DNA of 64,000 bases from Longimicrobiales bacterium (GCA_965238005.1 OZ250165.1:2016001-2080000), one strand, 5' to 3'. Shown: positions 36,693 through 47,371, counted from the first letter of the stretch. Notes: generated by a model from the letters alone, not told the origin. Numbers and translations are program-made.

Positions 36693-39600
36693 CCGTCGGT
36701 CGATCCGCCATCCGCTTCGGTCGACGCCATTGGGAAGAGGGTGGTCAGGAAGCTGAGCAGCCGATCGGCGAACCCATCCCCCTTCAGAACCACCCCCGAA
36801 ACCTTGTCGGACAGGAGCTCCATTTCCGCATCGGAGAGGTTCTTGCCCGTGATGACGATCACCGGAAGACCCGTGTGGTACGGATTCTCCCGGAGCCGAT
36901 CGAGGAAGGTGAGACCGTGCATGCCCGGCATGGACAGGTCCAGGAGGATGGCCCCGGGCGTTTCCCTCGCCACCTCCTCCAAGGCTTCCTGTCCGGAGAT
37001 TACGCAATGGACGTCCAAGCCCTCCGGCTTCAGCAGGGCCGTGATGAGCCTGTGGACCTCGGGATCGTCGTCGACGACGAGAACGCGATGTTCTGCTCGA
37101 TGCACGAGGTTGCGCCACAGCACGCGAAGCAGGTGCGTCCGATCGACCGGCTTGTTGAGAAGGTCGATGGCCCCCAAGAGGCGGCCTCGCCCCTCGCTGG
37201 CGACGATGCTGACAACGACCACGGGGATATCCTTCACTTCGGCGTCGGCCTTCAGGCGTCGGAGCACTTCCCAGCCGTCCATCTCCGGCATCTGCAGGTC
37301 GAGTGTGATGAGGTCGGGCCGGTGCTCCCGCGCCATAGCCATTCCCTCCGCCCCCGACGCGGCCTCCAGGACCTCACACCCGAACTCGCCCAGGTAGTGC
37401 TGCATCAGGACCCGGGAGTCCACCTCGTCGTCTATGACCAGGACCTTGAAGTGCTGGATCTCGCCCTGGGGCCGCACGGGTGCCCCCGCGTCAGGCACGG
37501 GCGTACCTCCGTCGCCTTCCGGAGCCCCGACCTCGGCCGGCGCACCATCCCCGGTGGATTCGGCACCCTCCTCGGACGGTTCGGCGCCCTCCTCTGCCTC
37601 CACATCGCGCTCTGGCTGTTGGACACTCTCGAGCCCACCCGTGAACTCGATCGCGAAGGTGGTTCCCTTCCCCACCTCGCTCTCCACCGTGAGGTCATAA
37701 CCCATGAGCAGGCACATGGATCGCGAAATCGTCAAACCCAGCCCAGTGCCGCCGAACTGGCGGGCGGTGCCGGCCTCGGCTTGCTGGAAGGCCTCGAAGA
37801 TCGCCCCCAGCCGTTCGGGTGGGATCCCGATCCCGCTGTCCTGGATCTCGACAGTGGCCGGCGTGCTCGTGCCCTCTTCGATGGTCGCCCGAACAACGAT
37901 CTCACCGGTCTCGGTGAACTTGAGGGCGTTCCCCAGCAGGTTCACGATAACCTGCTTCAGCTTGGCCGAATCGGCGTCAAAGTCGTCGATCACGTCCGGG
38001 ACTTCGACTCGCACTTCGACCTTTCCCTGCTTCTGCCTGATCTGCCCATCCACCAAGGCTACGGCCTCGTTGACCAGGGTACGCAGGGAGAGGGTATGAA
38101 CATCCAGCTCCAACCGCCCGGATTCGATCTTCGCCAGGTCGAGGATCTCGTTGATGAGCACGAGCAGGTGCTTGCCGTTGACCTGGATCCTCTCCAGGAA
38201 CCCCAGGTCGGATTTCTCCAGGTTCTGCTTCTTGTTCTTAAGGAGGATGTTGGCGAAGCCGATGACAGAGTTGAGCGGCGTACGCAGCTCATGGCTCATG
38301 TTGGCGAGCAATTGGCTCTTGGCCGTGTTGGCAGCCTCGGCCTCCTCCTTGGCCGTGACGAGATCTTCCTCGGCTCGCCTCCTCCTAGTGATGTCCTTGC
38401 CGAACACCACGACGCCCGACGATCCCTGCTGGTCCTGGATGGGGCTGAAGAAGAGCTCGAAGTGCCGCAGCTCGCCGCCCACCTCATCGGCTCGCACGCG
38501 GGACATCCGCTTTCCAATGAGGACGAGGCCGTAGATCTCCCGGTACCAGGCGGCCTGGTCCTCGGGATAGAGATCTTCGGGGGCGTCGTCGACCTGGGGC
38601 TCCAAGCCCGTGCGAGCCTCCACCTCCAGAGCGAAAGCGGAGTTGAAGGTGATGAGACGGTGTTGGCTGTCGACCGACCAGATGACGTCACCGGTGTTCT
38701 CCACCAGGGCGTTCAAGTTCGCCTGCGAAGCGGCGAGATCCCGCTCCGCCATCATGGTTTCGGTCACGTCTCGAATGATGGACCGGATGGCCACGACCTT
38801 CCCGTTGTCGCGACTTGGGGTGGCGCTGATGGCGCAGATGACCGGGTCGCCCGTCCGGGTGCGGAACTCGGAGATGTAGCGCTCGAGGGAGCCACCATCG
38901 CGCAGGGACTGGAAGACCTCCTCCAGACCAGTCCGGTCCAGGGGCTCCAGCACGTCGAAGACGTTCTTCCCTTCGACCTCGCTGTCCTCGTAGCCGAAGG
39001 CGGCCTGCCACGCCCGATTTACGTAGACGAGGGCGCCCTCCGCATCCGTGATGTGGATCAGGTCGTTGGCGTTATCAAGAAAGTCCCGGAGTCGGTGTTC
39101 GGCCTCGGTCCTGTCCTTCACCTCGCGAGCCATGGCCAGGTTGGTGTCGCGCACGGCTAGCAGGGCATCGGTCTCGGACCGAAACGTCACGAAGACGCTC
39201 ACCATAAGGCCCGCAAGCACGCATACGTGGGCGCTGATCTTCAGGACATGAGCCGCGTCCGCCACGCCGTCGAACTCGCTGGTGGCCAGCGACATGTACA
39301 TGGCGTGAACGAACACGCTGATCATGAGCGACATCAGCAGCCAGTGCTCGAAGGGCTCCGTCCGCCACTGGCCTCGTCGCAGATACCCAACCCACGCGGC
39401 GAAGAAGAAGAGCGCAGGAAGGAACTCCGCGGGACGTATCACCACGAGGTCCGGGTAATAGGCGCGAGCGAGGGGAACGAAAGACAGGACGCCGCTCGCC
39501 TCCCGAGGGAAGCCCAGCGCCGAGAAGATGATGAACACCGTGACGGCCAGGGCCGCCCCCATCATGAACACCCAACGCTCGTTGATGCGGTCCTCCTGGA

Positions 39601-40141
39601 ACCCCTCCTCCTTCGACCACAGGAAGACCGTGGCGAAGAGGAACAGGGAGAGGAAGAGCCGTGACGCCGTCCACGACCACGCCACGCCGTCGGCCGTCTG
39701 GAGACCCGTGGCGCCTCCACCCACCAGGACGGATGTCATGACGGCGTGATATCCGTTCAGGACCCCCGCGCCGAGGAAGCCCGTCCCGATGAAGAGGAAG
39801 GTGTCTTGCTTCTTGCTGTAGTACCGGACCAACGAGAGGCTACCGACGACCAACGCCAACGTGGTGCTTACGAACTCCCAGATGACGTGCCGGCCCTGGT
39901 CGTCGGCGAACGGGAAGCGCCTGAAGAGATTGGCTCCCATGAAGAGGACCGCCACCAGAATCCAGTAGACGGTCGTCCGCTCCCGGGTACGATCGTCGTT
40001 CGCCTTGAGGTACTGCAGGGAGTCGATGTCGGAGGACGATTCTTCGGCCTCCGTTTCCGGCAGGCTGGGGTCCAGGGCTGCGGGTGGGACCTCCATGTCC
40101 GTGACCTCAGGTGCGTCCGCCGCCGGCCCGGCTCGGTTCAC
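36689..40141 (-). CDS. Hybrid sensor histidine kinase (MASE3-like TM domain, 2 PAS, HisKA/HATPase, 2 REC)
   Basis: SHELRTPLN, NLLGNALKFT, DSGIG, GGTGLGL, two receiver domains. Confidence 0.93.
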   Translation of the reverse strand: MNRAGPAADAPEVTDMEVPPAALDPSLPETEAEESSSDIDSLQYLKANDDRTRERTTVYWILVAVLFMGANLFRRFPFADDQGRHVIWEFVSTTLALVVGSLSLVRYYSKKQDTFLFIGTGFLGAGVLNGYHAVMTSVLVGGGATGLQTADGVAWSWTASRLFLSLFLFATVFLWSKEEGFQEDRINERWVFMMGAALAVTVFIIFSALGFPREASGVLSFVPLARAYYPDLVVIRPAEFLPALFFFAAWVGYLRRGQWRTEPFEHWLLMSLMISVFVHAMYMSLATSEFDGVADAAHVLKISAHVCVLAGLMVSVFVTFRSETDALLAVRDTNLAMAREVKDRTEAEHRLRDFLDNANDLIHITDAEGALVYVNRAWQAAFGYEDSEVEGKNVFDVLEPLDRTGLEEVFQSLRDGGSLERYISEFRTRTGDPVICAISATPSRDNGKVVAIRSIIRDVTETMMAERDLAASQANLNALVENTGDVIWSVDSQHRLITFNSAFALEVEARTGLEPQVDDAPEDLYPEDQAAWYREIYGLVLIGKRMSRVRADEVGGELRHFELFFSPIQDQQGSSGVVVFGKDITRRRRAEEDLVTAKEEAEAANTAKSQLLANMSHELRTPLNSVIGFANILLKNKKQNLEKSDLGFLERIQVNGKHLLVLINEILDLAKIESGRLELDVHTLSLRTLVNEAVALVDGQIRQKQGKVEVRVEVPDVIDDFDADSAKLKQVIVNLLGNALKFTETGEIVVRATIEEGTSTPATVEIQDSGIGIPPERLGAIFEAFQQAEAGTARQFGGTGLGLTISRSMCLLMGYDLTVESEVGKGTTFAIEFTGGLESVQQPERDVEAEEGAEPSEEGAESTGDGAPAEVGAPEGDGGTPVPDAGAPVRPQGEIQHFKVLVIDDEVDSRVLMQHYLGEFGCEVLEAASGAEGMAMAREHRPDLITLDLQMPEMDGWEVLRRLKADAEVKDIPVVVVSIVASEGRGRLLGAIDLLNKPVDRTHLLRVLWRNLVHRAEHRVLVVDDDPEVHRLITALLKPEGLDVHCVISGQEALEEVARETPGAILLDLSMPGMHGLTFLDRLRENPYHTGLPVIVITGKNLSDAEMELLSDKVSGVVLKGDGFADRLLSFLTTLFPMASTEADGGSTDG

Positions 40142-40512
40142 GGCGTTCCGGTCAACAGTCGCTCAATGGCCCCCATGAGCAAGTCCTCGTCGATGATCGG
40201 CTTGGTCAGGTAGTCGTTGAACCCCATTTCCAGGTACTTCTCCCGATCGCCCGACATGGCGTGGGCCGTGAGTGCGATGACGGGGAGGTCGACGAACTCG
40301 TCTTGAGAGCGGATCCACTCCAGGACCTCGGTGCCATCCATTCCGGGAAGGGAGATGTCCAGGAGCACCAGATCGGGCACGTTCCCGGGCAGGCCCTCGA
40401 CGGCCTCGGCGCCCGTCTCGTACTCCGAGATCTCGTACTCGTCCTCGAGAAGCGCTTCCACCAACAGCCGGTTGTCCGGATTGTCCTCCACCACCGCGAT
40501 CTTGGGCTTCAT
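40138..40512 (-). CDS. Single-domain response regulator
   Basis: VVEDN, LLDISLPGMDG, ALTAHA, YLTKP. Confidence 0.92.
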   Translation of the reverse strand: MKPKIAVVEDNPDNRLLVEALLEDEYEISEYETGAEAVEGLPGNVPDLVLLDISLPGMDGTEVLEWIRSQDEFVDLPVIALTAHAMSGDREKYLEMGFNDYLTKPIIDEDLLMGAIERLLTGTP

Positions 40513-40871
40513 TCGGCTGATCCTTGCCAGATGCTTTCCAGTGCCGTCAATGCCTCGGCAAAGGCCTCCTCCAAATCGGGGAGAAGCTCACGGGTACGTT
40601 GGGCCTCACCGGCCGACGCCGCGATCTCGATCTCGTTGGCGATCCGTTGCACATGCTCCGCTCCGAGGTTCGCCGCGCTGGACTTGAGCGAGTGAGCCCC
40701 TCGCTCGGGCTGGTCCAAGCCGCCATCCTCCAGCACAGTCCGGATCTGATCCATACGGGTAGGACCGCTCTCGAGGAACAACCGAATCATCTCGTTGACG
40801 AGCTTCGGCCCTCCCCAACCCTCGAGGCGTTCGAGGATGTCGAGATTGATGATCGTCGATTCGATAGGCAT
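40509..40871 (-). CDS. Hpt histidine phosphotransfer protein
   Basis: AHSLKSSAANLGA. Confidence 0.9.
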   Translation of the reverse strand: MPIESTIINLDILERLEGWGGPKLVNEMIRLFLESGPTRMDQIRTVLEDGGLDQPERGAHSLKSSAANLGAEHVQRIANEIEIAASAGEAQRTRELLPDLEEAFAEALTALESIWQGSAE

Positions 40872-40986
40872 CGTTTTCCAGTCTAGCGTTTAGGGCACGA
40901 CAATTCCAGGATTTGCATCGCTCGGTGCCTCGTCATGACTCTACGATCACGCCGGTCTTTCCGGATGCGATTCGGAGGCACACCGG

Positions 40987-41664
40987 TCAATCAGCCGCCA
41001 CGCTCTCCGCCGACTCTCTGAGGAACCGGATGGCCTCGGCGATCCCGCCCGGGTGTCGATACACCGCCGATCCGGCCACCAGCACGGTGGCGCCCGCACC
41101 CGCCGCGGCTCCTGCCGTGTGGCGGTCCACGCCCCCATCCACCTCGAGCTCGGCGCCCTCCACCCCGTTCTCGTCGAGCATCCGCCGGAGCTGTGCGATC
41201 TTGTCCGTGCTCGAGCGGATGTACGACTGTCCACCGAAGCCCGGATTGACCGACATGACGAGCACAAGGTCCACGTAGGGCACGATCTCCGTCAGGGTCT
41301 CCACGGGTGTGGCCGGGTTCAGACTCACCCCGGGACGGACGTCCAGCTCACGGATCTGCTCCAGCGTGCGGTGAAGGTGCCTGCAGGCTTCCAGGTGCAC
41401 TGTCAGAAAATCCGCGCCGGCGTCGGCGAACGCCTCGAGATACCGTTCCGGCTGCTCGATCATGAGGTGCACGTCCACCGGAAGATCCGTGGCCGCCCGC
41501 ACCGCCGCCGTGACCACCGGCCCGATAGTGATGTTCGGTACGAAGTGACCGTCCATGACGTCGACGTGGATCCAGTCCGCCCCCGCCTCGGCGGCTTCCG
41601 CTACCTGCTCGGCCAGACGACCGAAGTCGGACGACAGGATGGAAGGCGCGATCTTGACGCTCAT
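40987..41664 (-). CDS. rpe: Ribulose-phosphate 3-epimerase
   Basis: IAPSILS, HVDVMDGHFVPN, DVHLM, MSVNPGFGGQ, EVDGG. Confidence 0.97.
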   Translation of the reverse strand: MSVKIAPSILSSDFGRLAEQVAEAAEAGADWIHVDVMDGHFVPNITIGPVVTAAVRAATDLPVDVHLMIEQPERYLEAFADAGADFLTVHLEACRHLHRTLEQIRELDVRPGVSLNPATPVETLTEIVPYVDLVLVMSVNPGFGGQSYIRSSTDKIAQLRRMLDENGVEGAELEVDGGVDRHTAGAAAGAGATVLVAGSAVYRHPGGIAEAIRFLRESAESVAAD

Positions 41665-42368
41665 GGTGATCCCCCCTCGGCGTAGAGGTGCCGCACGCCG
41701 TCCTGCGCGCCTACCACCACCTCCGTGGCCATGCCCAGGAAGAGCCCGGACTCGACGATTCCTGCCCTGGAGGCCAGGGCGGCGTCCAGCGCCTCGGGAT
41801 CATCGATGCCGTCGGGGAAGTGACAGTCGATGATGTAGTTCCCGTTGTCCGTGGTGAAAGGCTGCCGATCGGAACGTTTGCGGATGACCGGTCGGGCGCC
41901 CTGCGACTGCAGGAACTTCTCGTGGACCTCCCATCCGAACTGGATGACCTCGACCGGCACTGGAGATCTCTGGCCGAGCCTGTCCACCACCTTCGCGTCG
42001 TCCACGATGATGGCGAGCCGCGAAGAGGCTTGGGCGACCATCTTCTCCCGCAGGAGCGCACCGCCCAGGCCCTTGATGAGGTTCATGTGCGGGTCCACCT
42101 CATCCGCGCCGTCTACGGTCAGGTCCAGGAAGGGGTGCTCGGCCAACGACGTCAGGGGGATCCCCAGCTCTCTGGCCTCCCGGGCCGTCCAGAGAGACGT
42201 CGGCACGCCCAACACGTTCCGGAGCCCGCCACGGTTTAGCCGTTCGGCGAGAAAGAGGAGGAAGTGAGCTACGGTCGAGCCAGTGCCCAGACCGACACGC
42301 ATACCGGCCTCGACTAGTCCCGCCGCCTCCAGGCCGGCGGCTCGCTTCAGGGTTTCAGCGTCGGCCAA
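41661..42368 (-). CDS. rpiA: Ribose-5-phosphate isomerase A
   Basis: GLGTGST, DGADEVD, KGLGGALLREK, TDNGN. Confidence 0.96.
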   Translation of the reverse strand: MADAETLKRAAGLEAAGLVEAGMRVGLGTGSTVAHFLLFLAERLNRGGLRNVLGVPTSLWTAREARELGIPLTSLAEHPFLDLTVDGADEVDPHMNLIKGLGGALLREKMVAQASSRLAIIVDDAKVVDRLGQRSPVPVEVIQFGWEVHEKFLQSQGARPVIRKRSDRQPFTTDNGNYIIDCHFPDGIDDPEALDAALASRAGIVESGLFLGMATEVVVGAQDGVRHLYAEGGSP

Positions 42369-42402
42369 GCCCGATTCCCGAGCAAGCAGGCGTGTGGATC
42401 GC

Positions 42403-43341
42403 TCAGGCCCCGAATTCCTTCATCATGCCCTGAACCCGCTCGCTGATAGCCAGCGCCTCGTCGAAGGGCCTCTGCCACATGTTTCGGCCGAAGATGAGCC
42501 CCGTGGCACCCGCTTCCATGGCGGTGCGGGCTTTGTTCATCAGGTCGTCGTCGCCGAGCTTGCTCCCCCCGGAGAAGAGCACCAGGGCGCGACCGGCAGA
42601 CACGACCACGCGCCTGGCGCCTTCGCCGTAGTCGTAGTCGATCTCTGCATAGTCCTTGGGCTGATCCCCATCCTTGGGGCCGTGCTTGGGAATGTTCAGC
42701 TTGACGATGTCCGCTCCCAGCTCCAATGCCACCCGGGCGGCATAGTCCACCGCGTAAAGGCTGTCCCGTCCGCCCTTCCCCTCGATGGCCGATCCGCGCG
42801 GATAGGACCAGACCACGAGCGGCATGTTGTACTTGTCGCAGTCCTCGCGGACCATCTGGAGCTGTTGGATGTCCTCATCCTGCCGAGGCGAGCCCACGTA
42901 GAGCGTGTATCCGACGGCGTCGGCTCCCAACGCCACCGCGTCTTCCACGCTGCCCGTCATCGTCGAGAGGGCATCGGCATCCGAGGGGATTGCCGTCTTC
43001 CCGTTGATCTTGAGGAGGAGCGGTACCTCACCGGCGTACTTGGACATGTACTTCCGGGCGAGGCCGTAATGGCACGCCACGGCGTTGAAGTTTCCCTCCA
43101 GGGCGAGACGCCACTGGAAGTCCGGATCCTGTGACGGAGGGTTCGGGAAGAAGTCGATGGGTCCATGCTCGAGGCCCTGATCGATGGGCAGAATGCGGAG
43201 CGTCCCGTTCTTGAGCCCTCGGCCATAGAGGAGGCGGCGGAGACGCACGCGCTTGCCGAGCGGCAGATCGAGCTCATCCAGGACGGGCCGGCCAACAGTG
43301 CCGGTCACCGGGGTCTCGGGAGCCGCGGTGGCAGTGGACAT
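42403..43341 (-). CDS. fbaB: Class I fructose-bisphosphate aldolase (DhnA/FbaB type)
   Basis: PIDQGLEHGP, GYTLYVGS, WSYPRG, LGADIVK, SGG, GRN. Confidence 0.88.
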   Translation of the reverse strand: MSTATAAPETPVTGTVGRPVLDELDLPLGKRVRLRRLLYGRGLKNGTLRILPIDQGLEHGPIDFFPNPPSQDPDFQWRLALEGNFNAVACHYGLARKYMSKYAGEVPLLLKINGKTAIPSDADALSTMTGSVEDAVALGADAVGYTLYVGSPRQDEDIQQLQMVREDCDKYNMPLVVWSYPRGSAIEGKGGRDSLYAVDYAARVALELGADIVKLNIPKHGPKDGDQPKDYAEIDYDYGEGARRVVVSAGRALVLFSGGSKLGDDDLMNKARTAMEAGATGLIFGRNMWQRPFDEALAISERVQGMMKEFGA

Positions 43342-43434
43342 GGACTATCCTCCAAGAGTCGAGAAACCAGGGTCTCGTGGGCGATTTTCGTGGGGAAATC
43401 TATCGGTCCCAGTGGGCCGAGACCAGCCCGCTCC

Positions 43435-43463
43435 TTGACTCAACTCGGGCGTCTGGGCAGCTT
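43435..43463 (+). promoter_or_regulatory. Putative sigma70 promoter for the aroF leader (would give a leaderless leader-peptide mRNA)
   Basis: TTGACT-17 bp-CAGCTT, ending 7 nt before ATG 43471. Confidence 0.45.
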
Positions 43464-43470
43464 ACACTCC

Positions 43471-43539
43471 ATGATTCGTCAGCGCGCATATCAGGCATAT
43501 TATTTTTTCTATCGGCCCCCCACGGGAGCAGGCGGCTGA
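43471..43539 (+). CDS. Tyr/Phe-rich attenuator leader peptide MIRQRAYQAYYFFYRPPTGAGG
   Basis: TAT TAT TTT TTC TAT codon run in a GC-rich genome, directly upstream of a terminator and DAHP synthase. Confidence 0.8.
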   Translation: MIRQRAYQAYYFFYRPPTGAGG

Positions 43540-43576
43540 CGCGCGCACACTGACCACGGAACGCGCTCCGCCCCGA

Positions 43577-43607
43577 GGCTCCCGACTCAGTCGGGGGCTT
43601 TTTTGTT
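43577..43607 (+). terminator. Attenuator intrinsic terminator upstream of aroF
   Basis: GCTCCCGAC-TCA-GTCGGGGGC followed by TTTTTTGTT. Confidence 0.85.
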
Positions 43608-43638
43608 GGGTGGCACGGACACGACATGAGAAAGAACC

Positions 43639-44673
43639 ATGATCATCATCACGCGCCATGACGTGACGGACGACGAGCTCGACCACATACGTGAGCGAGT
43701 GGAGGCCCTAGGGCTCCGCACCCATCTGTCACGGGGCGAGCACCGGACCGTGATCGGGTGCATCGGCGACGAAGAGCGGCTGGCCCACGCGCCCCTGCTC
43801 TCGATCCCGGGCGTAGAGGCGGTTCACGCCGTCATGAAGCCCTACAAGCTGGCGAGCCGGCAATTCAGTGCTGGGCCCACGCAGGTGTCTCTGGGAGACG
43901 GCTCTGTCGGAGGCGAGGCGCTCATGGTGATCGCCGGCCCCTGCTCGGTCGAAGGGATGGAGATGCTCTCCGAGACCGCCAAGCGGGTGAAGGCCGCGGG
44001 GGCCGTGGGCTTGAGAGGCGGAGCCTTCAAGCCCAGGAGCTCGCCCTACTCCTTCGACGGCCTTGGTGAAGAGGGCCTCAAGATGCTGGCCGAGGTCCGG
44101 GCGGCCACCGGGCTTCCCGTGGTCACCGAGGTCATGGATACCCGGCTGGTAGAGCTGGTGGCGGCCTATGCCGACGTGCTCCAAATCGGCGCCCGCAACA
44201 TGCAGAATTTCTCGCTGCTCACTGAGGTGGGGCGGCTCCGCCGTCCCATCCTCCTCAAGCGAGGCATGTCTGCCAAGATCAAGGACTTGCTCTTGGCCGC
44301 CGAGTACGTCATGAAGCAGGGCAACATGAGCGTGATCCTGTGCGAGCGGGGGATCCGGACCTTCGAGGACGCGACCCGGAACACCTTCGATCTGGCCGCC
44401 ATCCCGGTCCTCAAGAAGGAGACGCACCTCCCGGTGATCGCCGATCCGAGCCACGCGGGCGGAAGGCGGGATCTGGTGGCCCCCCTGTCCTATGCAGCCA
44501 TCGCCGCCGGAGCGGACGGTCTCCTCATCGAGGTCCACCCTGATCCGGAGATGGCCGTGTCGGACGGAGAGCAGTCCCTGAGGTTCGGGGAGTTCGACTC
44601 GCTCATGGAGGGACTGGAGCCCTTCGCGGCGGCGGTGGGAAGGAGCCTAGGGAGGGTGCCCGCGGAGGCCTAG
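43639..44673 (+). CDS. aroF: DAHP synthase type I-beta with N-terminal regulatory domain
   Basis: [51 protein letters not shown]. Confidence 0.95.
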   Translation: MIIITRHDVTDDELDHIRERVEALGLRTHLSRGEHRTVIGCIGDEERLAHAPLLSIPGVEAVHAVMKPYKLASRQFSAGPTQVSLGDGSVGGEALMVIAGPCSVEGMEMLSETAKRVKAAGAVGLRGGAFKPRSSPYSFDGLGEEGLKMLAEVRAATGLPVVTEVMDTRLVELVAAYADVLQIGARNMQNFSLLTEVGRLRRPILLKRGMSAKIKDLLLAAEYVMKQGNMSVILCERGIRTFEDATRNTFDLAAIPVLKKETHLPVIADPSHAGGRRDLVAPLSYAAIAAGADGLLIEVHPDPEMAVSDGEQSLRFGEFDSLMEGLEPFAAAVGRSLGRVPAEA

Positions 44674-46076
44674 GAGCTGAGCTTGCCGGCCGCCGCTTCG
44701 ATCTGCGCCTGGACCGCGGCCCGCGCCGTGCCGCCAGACGCGCTCCTAGCCTCCACGGAGCGATCCCACGAGAAGACGTCCAGCACGTCCGATCGGAAGG
44801 ACGGGTGTGCCGCCCGGAAATCGTCCAGCTCGAGACCGTCCAACACCACTCCCCGCTCCTCCGCAATGCGCACGACGTTGGCGACGGCCTCGTGGGCCTT
44901 CCGGAACGGAACGCCGGCCCTCACCAGGTAGTCGGCGAGGTCAGTGGCGAGAAGCTGCGTATCCAACGCCGCCTCAATGCGAGCGGGTTGGAACTCCGCC
45001 GTGCGCACCGCGCCTGCCACGGCCGGTAGCACCACCGCCAGCGTGTCCACCGAGTCGAAGAGCGTCTCCTTGTCCTCCTGCAGGTCACGGTTGTAGCCCG
45101 TGGGCAGGCCCTTCAAGACCGTGAGGAGCGACATGAGGTTGCCTATGAGGCGCCCCGCCTTGCCACGGACCAGCTCGGCCACGTCGGGGTTCCTCTTCTG
45201 GGGCATGAGGCTGGAGCCGGTACTGAACCCGTCGGACAGGCGCACGAACCCGAACTCTTTGGATCCGAACAGCACCAGATCCTCGGCCAGACGCGACAGA
45301 TGAACGCCGATGCGAGCCGCGGCGAAGGAGAGCTCCACCGCCCAGTCGCGGTCACTCACCGCGTCGATGCTGTTTTCGGAGACGCGATCGAACCCCAGCT
45401 CCTCCCGGATGAGCTCCCGATCGATGGGGAACGGACATCCGGCGATGGCACCGGAGCCCAGCGGTAGGACGCCCGCGTGTGCACCGGCGGCCTCCAAGAG
45501 CTCTCCGTCACGCTCCAGCGGCCAGAAGTGGGAGAGCGCCCAGTGCGCCGCCCGGACGGGCTGACCCTGCTGGAGGTGTGTGTAGCCCGGAAGAATGATG
45601 TCCAAGGAGTCCCGGGCCCAGTCCAGCAACGCACCCTGAACACCGCGGAGCCCGGCACGGAGAGCATCCACCACCTCCATGCCCCAGATCCGGAAGTCCG
45701 TCGCCACCTGGTCGTTTCGGGATCGCCCGGTATGGAGCTTCCCGGCCACGTCTCCCACCTCCTCGTGCAGGAGTCGCTCGACCAGCGAGTGGATGTCCTC
45801 GTCGTGCTCGCCGGAGTGGTCCCTGTTCGTGAGGCGCCTCGCCACCCGGTCCAACCCTTCGATCAGCGTTTCTCCCTCCGCCTCGCTGAGCACGCCCGCC
45901 CGCTCGAGGGCGCGGACCCAGGCACAGCTCCCTCGCACGTCCTGGGGCCACAGCCGGATATCTACATCGAGGCTGCGGTTCAGCGGAACCATCTCCGGAG
46001 ACATGGAGCCCTCGATCCGCCCGCTCCACAGCGGAGCCTCCGGTGGCCCTTCGGCGGTGGTCCCCGTGGGAATCAC
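44670..46076 (-). CDS. argH: Argininosuccinate lyase
   Basis: [38 protein letters not shown]. Confidence 0.96.
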   Translation of the reverse strand: MIPTGTTAEGPPEAPLWSGRIEGSMSPEMVPLNRSLDVDIRLWPQDVRGSCAWVRALERAGVLSEAEGETLIEGLDRVARRLTNRDHSGEHDEDIHSLVERLLHEEVGDVAGKLHTGRSRNDQVATDFRIWGMEVVDALRAGLRGVQGALLDWARDSLDIILPGYTHLQQGQPVRAAHWALSHFWPLERDGELLEAAGAHAGVLPLGSGAIAGCPFPIDRELIREELGFDRVSENSIDAVSDRDWAVELSFAAARIGVHLSRLAEDLVLFGSKEFGFVRLSDGFSTGSSLMPQKRNPDVAELVRGKAGRLIGNLMSLLTVLKGLPTGYNRDLQEDKETLFDSVDTLAVVLPAVAGAVRTAEFQPARIEAALDTQLLATDLADYLVRAGVPFRKAHEAVANVVRIAEERGVVLDGLELDDFRAAHPSFRSDVLDVFSWDRSVEARSASGGTARAAVQAQIEAAAGKLSS

Positions 46077-47335
46077 CCCACCGGAGTCTTCGGCACCACC
46101 GCCTTGGGGATCTCGTTCACGGCCGCTTGCGACTCGCGCCGGCCGGCGTCCCGCTCGGCAGCTACCCGGGCAGGAAGCCCGAAGAGCTTGATGAACCCAT
46201 CTGCGTCGGCGTGGTCGTACGTGTCGTCCTCGCCGAAGGAGGCGAGACCGGCGTCATAGAGCGACTGGGAGCTCCAGCGTGAAGCCACGCCGGCGGAGCC
46301 CTTGTAGAGCTTCAGACGAACCACGCCCGTGACCCGCCTCATGAGAACATCCATGAAGGCGTCGATGGCTTCGCGCTCCGGCGTCCACCACCAACCCTCG
46401 TAAACGAGATCGGCGTACCGCGCCGCCAGCTGGTCCTTGTAGGCCAGGGCGCGCCGATCCAGCGTGAGCTGCTCGAGCTCCTGGAGGGCGGTGTGGAGGA
46501 GAGTGCCTCCGGGCGTCTCGTAGATGCCCCGCGACTTCATGCCGACCAACCGGTCCTCAACGAGGTCGATGCGTCCGACACCGTGCCGGGAACCGATCTG
46601 ATTGAGAGTCTCCAGGAGGCTCACAGAATCCATGGCCTCACCGTTGACCGACACCGGCAGTCCCTCTTCGAAAGCGAGCTCCACATACTCCGGCGTACTC
46701 GGCGCCAGCTCGGGGGACAGCGTCCAGAGATAGATAGACTCATCGGGCTCGAAGGACGGGTCCTCGAGGGGACCGCCCTCGTGGGAGACGTGCCAGAGGT
46801 TCTCGTCCCGGGAGTAGAGCTTGCCGTCGAGACCGTCCAAGGGAATCTGGCGTACTCGAGCGTACTCGAACGCCTCCTCCCGGGAGTGGAGATCCCACTC
46901 GCGCCACGGGGCGATCACCCTGAGGTCCGGCGCGAGCGCCGTGAAGGTGAGCTCGAAGCGAACCTGGTCGTTCCCCTTGCCGGTGCATCCGTGGGCCAGG
47001 GCGTCTGCCCCGACCTCGCGAGCGATCTCCACCATACGCCGACCGATGATCGGCCGCGCCATGGAAGTCCCGAGAAGGTACTTGCGGCCGTACACCGCCC
47101 CGGAGCGGAGCGTAGGCCAGACGAAGCCCTCGACGAAGCTCTGCCGCAGATCCTCTCCGTAGAACTCCGAGGCCCCCGTAGCCTTGGCCTTTTCCTCCAG
47201 TCCGTCGAGACCACCCTGTTGGCCGACATTGGCCGCCACACAGATCACCTCCGCGCCGTAGTTCTCTCGGAGCCACGGCACGATGACGGAGGTGTCCAAC
47301 CCTCCCGAGTATCCCAGGACGACTTTGAGAGCCAT
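46073..47335 (-). CDS. argG: Argininosuccinate synthase (start ATG 47335)
   Basis: YSGGLDTS, HGCTGKGNDQVRF, SRDENLWH, GMKSRGIYETP. Confidence 0.97.
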   Translation of the reverse strand: MALKVVLGYSGGLDTSVIVPWLRENYGAEVICVAANVGQQGGLDGLEEKAKATGASEFYGEDLRQSFVEGFVWPTLRSGAVYGRKYLLGTSMARPIIGRRMVEIAREVGADALAHGCTGKGNDQVRFELTFTALAPDLRVIAPWREWDLHSREEAFEYARVRQIPLDGLDGKLYSRDENLWHVSHEGGPLEDPSFEPDESIYLWTLSPELAPSTPEYVELAFEEGLPVSVNGEAMDSVSLLETLNQIGSRHGVGRIDLVEDRLVGMKSRGIYETPGGTLLHTALQELEQLTLDRRALAYKDQLAARYADLVYEGWWWTPEREAIDAFMDVLMRRVTGVVRLKLYKGSAGVASRWSSQSLYDAGLASFGEDDTYDHADADGFIKLFGLPARVAAERDAGRRESQAAVNEIPKAVVPKTPVG

Positions 47336-47371
47336 GAGACGCTTTCTTCGTCTTCTTCGTCGCTTGCGGAC

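Noticed and set aside
36875..39160. 761-aa plus-strand ORF (also 10361-11923, 34860-36548, 55022-56356)
   Set aside because: Antisense shadows of well-supported minus-strand genes
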